Origin: Robiginitomaculum sp.
GTDB taxonomy: Bacteria; Pseudomonadota; Alphaproteobacteria; Caulobacterales; Maricaulaceae
Assembly: GCA_002733735.2 (NCBI GenBank)
Contig: NVWT02000006.1
Coordinates: forward strand, 1-44,244
Length of the DNA stretch: 44,244 bases
Direction of reading: 5' to 3'
The position numbers and the translations under genes were made by a program. A model generated the notes under the pieces. It saw only the letters and a program-made list of their open reading frames with translations. It was not told where the DNA came from and made no database searches. Positions 42,204 through 44,244 of this stretch are shown piece by piece (position 1 is the stretch's first letter; every line of letters starts with the position of its first letter).

Positions 42204-43664
42204 ATGAAGAAACTTGAGTGGTCACAACTATTAAATTCTACGCGGCGAAAAGATTTGGATAATAGCGCTAGTTCCATATCAGCGAATGTAGGAGGGTCAA
42301 GAACAGAAATTGAGCGAGACTATGACCGCATATTATTTAGTACACCAGTACGGCGTTTAGCAGACAAGACCCAAGTGTTCCCTTTAGAAAAGAACGATAG
42401 TGTTCGCAATCGTTTAACCCATTCTCACGAAGTTTCAAACCTTGCACGGAGCGTTGGTGTCGCTTTAATGTATGGAAAAAATGACTTACCCAAGGACGAC
42501 CAACAGAAGCGTGACATTCCCTCAATGCTTGCGGCAATTGGCTTGGCACATGATATCGGTAACCCACCGTTTGGGCATCAAGGTGAAAAAGCCATTGGTT
42601 CTTGGTTCAAGGATAAGAAAATAGAGGTGCTTGATTTCAAAGATTCAGAAGAAGAAGTAAGCTCACGTATTATTGAACGCATGGAAAAGGACTTTTTGGA
42701 GTTTGAGGGGAATGCCCAAGCATTTAGAATTTTGACAAAACTCCAACTTTTAAACGATCAGTACGGGCTGAATTTAACATTAGGTTCGCTTGCGGCTCTT
42801 ATGAAATACCCTACTACATCGGAGAAAACAGATACGAGCAAAGTGTCACTTAAAAAATTTGGGTGTTTCCACTCAGAACTTGATTGTTGTAAACAAGTCT
42901 GGAAGTACACTGGGCTTGAACTTGGTGTTCGTCACCCACTAGCATACATAATGGAGGCGTGTGATGATATTGCTTATTCGGTACTAGATGTAGAGGATGC
43001 AATAAAAAAGGGGTTAATCTCCTACAGGGATCTGATAAATTATCTGGGAAAGTCAACGACCGAAAACGAACTTGGCGAAGGTGACCTCCTGAAGAGGGTT
43101 ATCAAAAAGTCTGAAGAAAAGCATGAAGAACACCGACAGGAGAACCTTTCACCTTCGGAAATCAACGATATTTCCATGCAAATGTTTCGTGTTTATGCAA
43201 TTCACGAAATGATTACGTCAATAACGGAAACATTTACGAGTGAATACAATGATATAATGAGTGGTGAATTTAAGGGAGATTTAATAGGTAATTCTAAAGC
43301 CAGAATTATTTGCAAAAGGCTAAAAGACTTTGCATTCAAAAACGCCTACCAAACAAGAAGTGTTTTAGAGTTGGAATTAGAAGGCTACATAATTATTCGC
43401 TCACTGATGGACATGATGTGGCCAGCAATCAAGATGAGGGGTGATCCAATAACTCAAAAGAAGCATATTGGAAATCCATTTGAACGATATGTTTATGGGC
43501 GAATTTCTGAAAACTATAGAAGGATTTTTGAGGATAAAGACAATACGCTCCCCTTGAATTATAAAAGGTGCCAATTATTAGCTGACATGGTATCTGGCAT
43601 GACGGACAGTTTTGCGATAGACTTTGAAGCAGAATTAGCAAAATTACGAATATCGGCTAACTAA
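42204..43664 (+). CDS. dGTPase-family dNTP triphosphohydrolase (HD domain)
   Basis: Motifs are RTEIERDYDRILFSTPVRRLADKTQVF, RLTHSHEVSNLARSVG and GLAHDIGNPPFGHQGE. The C-terminal segment is DMVSGMTDSFAI. Confidence 0.88.
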   Translation: MKKLEWSQLLNSTRRKDLDNSASSISANVGGSRTEIERDYDRILFSTPVRRLADKTQVFPLEKNDSVRNRLTHSHEVSNLARSVGVALMYGKNDLPKDDQQKRDIPSMLAAIGLAHDIGNPPFGHQGEKAIGSWFKDKKIEVLDFKDSEEEVSSRIIERMEKDFLEFEGNAQAFRILTKLQLLNDQYGLNLTLGSLAALMKYPTTSEKTDTSKVSLKKFGCFHSELDCCKQVWKYTGLELGVRHPLAYIMEACDDIAYSVLDVEDAIKKGLISYRDLINYLGKSTTENELGEGDLLKRVIKKSEEKHEEHRQENLSPSEINDISMQMFRVYAIHEMITSITETFTSEYNDIMSGEFKGDLIGNSKARIICKRLKDFAFKNAYQTRSVLELELEGYIIIRSLMDMMWPAIKMRGDPITQKKHIGNPFERYVYGRISENYRRIFEDKDNTLPLNYKRCQLLADMVSGMTDSFAIDFEAELAKLRISAN

Positions 43665-43673
43665 GGAAAAGTA

Positions 43674-44244
43674 GTGCGTGTTGCAAAAGACATTAAGGTT
43701 TTAAAAAAACGGGTCAGACGGTTTTTTGAATATGTTCCAGAAGAACGCCGCACGGTGAGCAAAGTTTTACGGGACTTAGAGAATGTTGCGGATGTCTATG
43801 TCTTTGGTGGATTGATGCGTGATTTAGCCTTGTATGGCATTGATGACTTTAATAGCGATATAGACCTTGTAGTGAAACCTAACGATTTGGTGGAATTTAA
43901 ACGCATATTGGGGACTTATGGTTTCTCTCAAAATAAGTTTGGGGGGTATCGGCTGCAATCACAGAGGTGGCTGTTTGACATCTGGGAATTTAAAAATACA
44001 TGGGCATTTCGGGAAAACCATATTTCACCTCACAGTAAGCGCTCGCTCATTGAAACCACCTTTTTTAACTGGGATGCAATTTTATATGATTGTAAATCCA
44101 ACCAAATAATTTGTGATGACAATTACTTGCACGCAATAGCCCATCGCAACTTAGATATTAATCTTCGGAAAAACCCAAATAAAATAAATTCACTTATAAG
44201 GGCTTTAAAGTTTATTGTAAAAGATGGAGCTCACACCGGTACTG
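43674..44244 (+). CDS. pol-beta-superfamily nucleotidyltransferase (PolyA_pol/CCA-adding head-domain-like), 3'-truncated by the window edge
   Basis: This ORF is not in the supplied track because it has no stop in the window. I translated it by hand from the GTG at 43674 (SD AAGGA 6 nt upstream), and it is open to base 44244. The motif VYVFGGLMRDLALYGIDDFNSDIDLVV matches the GG-x-x-RD...D-x-D NTase signature. Confidence 0.65.
   Translation, partial: MRVAKDIKVLKKRVRRFFEYVPEERRTVSKVLRDLENVADVYVFGGLMRDLALYGIDDFNSDIDLVVKPNDLVEFKRILGTYGFSQNKFGGYRLQSQRWLFDIWEFKNTWAFRENHISPHSKRSLIETTFFNWDAILYDCKSNQIICDDNYLHAIAHRNLDINLRKNPNKINSLIRALKFIVKDGAHTGT

Overview
This 44.2-kb window has moderate GC by eye and proteobacterial-looking gene content. 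No searches were run. Every protein-family call comes from motifs read by eye in the supplied ORF translations. Bases 1-3907 look like core genome: tRNA-Arg(CCU), an SRPBCC/ArsR gene pair, tRNA-Leu(CAA), a CaCA Ca2+/Na+ antiporter, and a FolM-like SDR overlapping a FolB/FolX-family gene. From 3983 to the right edge everything looks accessory. A perfect 45-bp direct repeat (3983-4027 and 26573-26617) is the 3' end of a minus-strand tRNA-Arg(CCG). Neither copy has the 5' half of the tRNA. I read this as two islands integrated in tandem, with the intact tRNA lying beyond the right edge. Island A (about 22.6 kb) carries several modules. They are a type I RM operon hsdM-hsdS-rhuM-hsdR, a large serine recombinase, and a C5-cytosine methyltransferase overlapping a GHKL/MORC-like ATPase that ends in an HEPN-like R-x4-H motif. 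It also carries a DUF3768 gene, two tyrosine recombinases plus an HTH gene, two operons of unrecognisable ORFs (one with 33-bp tandem repeats), and a TraD/FtsK-like ATPase with a replication-relaxation-like protein. Island B starts with a P4-type integrase. It then carries an AlpA-like HTH, a reverse-transcriptase-like protein whose motif C reads FADN instead of YxDD, an XRE regulator with secreted/membrane/Zn-ribbon ORFs, a SAM methyltransferase and an amino-acid-type ABC transporter. Further right are a hairpin followed by an (AACT)25 microsatellite, a protein resembling only the C-terminal domain of RarA/MgsA, and a small serine recombinase. The window ends with a tight four-gene operon: DUF5131 (phage Gp37/Gp68 three-Cys family), TcmP-like partner, dGTPase-family HD hydrolase, and a pol-beta-type nucleotidyltransferase truncated by the window edge. 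There are three best candidates for an undescribed system. They are the four-gene operon (40142-44244), the FADN RT-like gene (29186-30637), and the Dcm + GHKL-HEPN pair (12788-15524). No CRISPR array, rRNA or IS transposase was seen.
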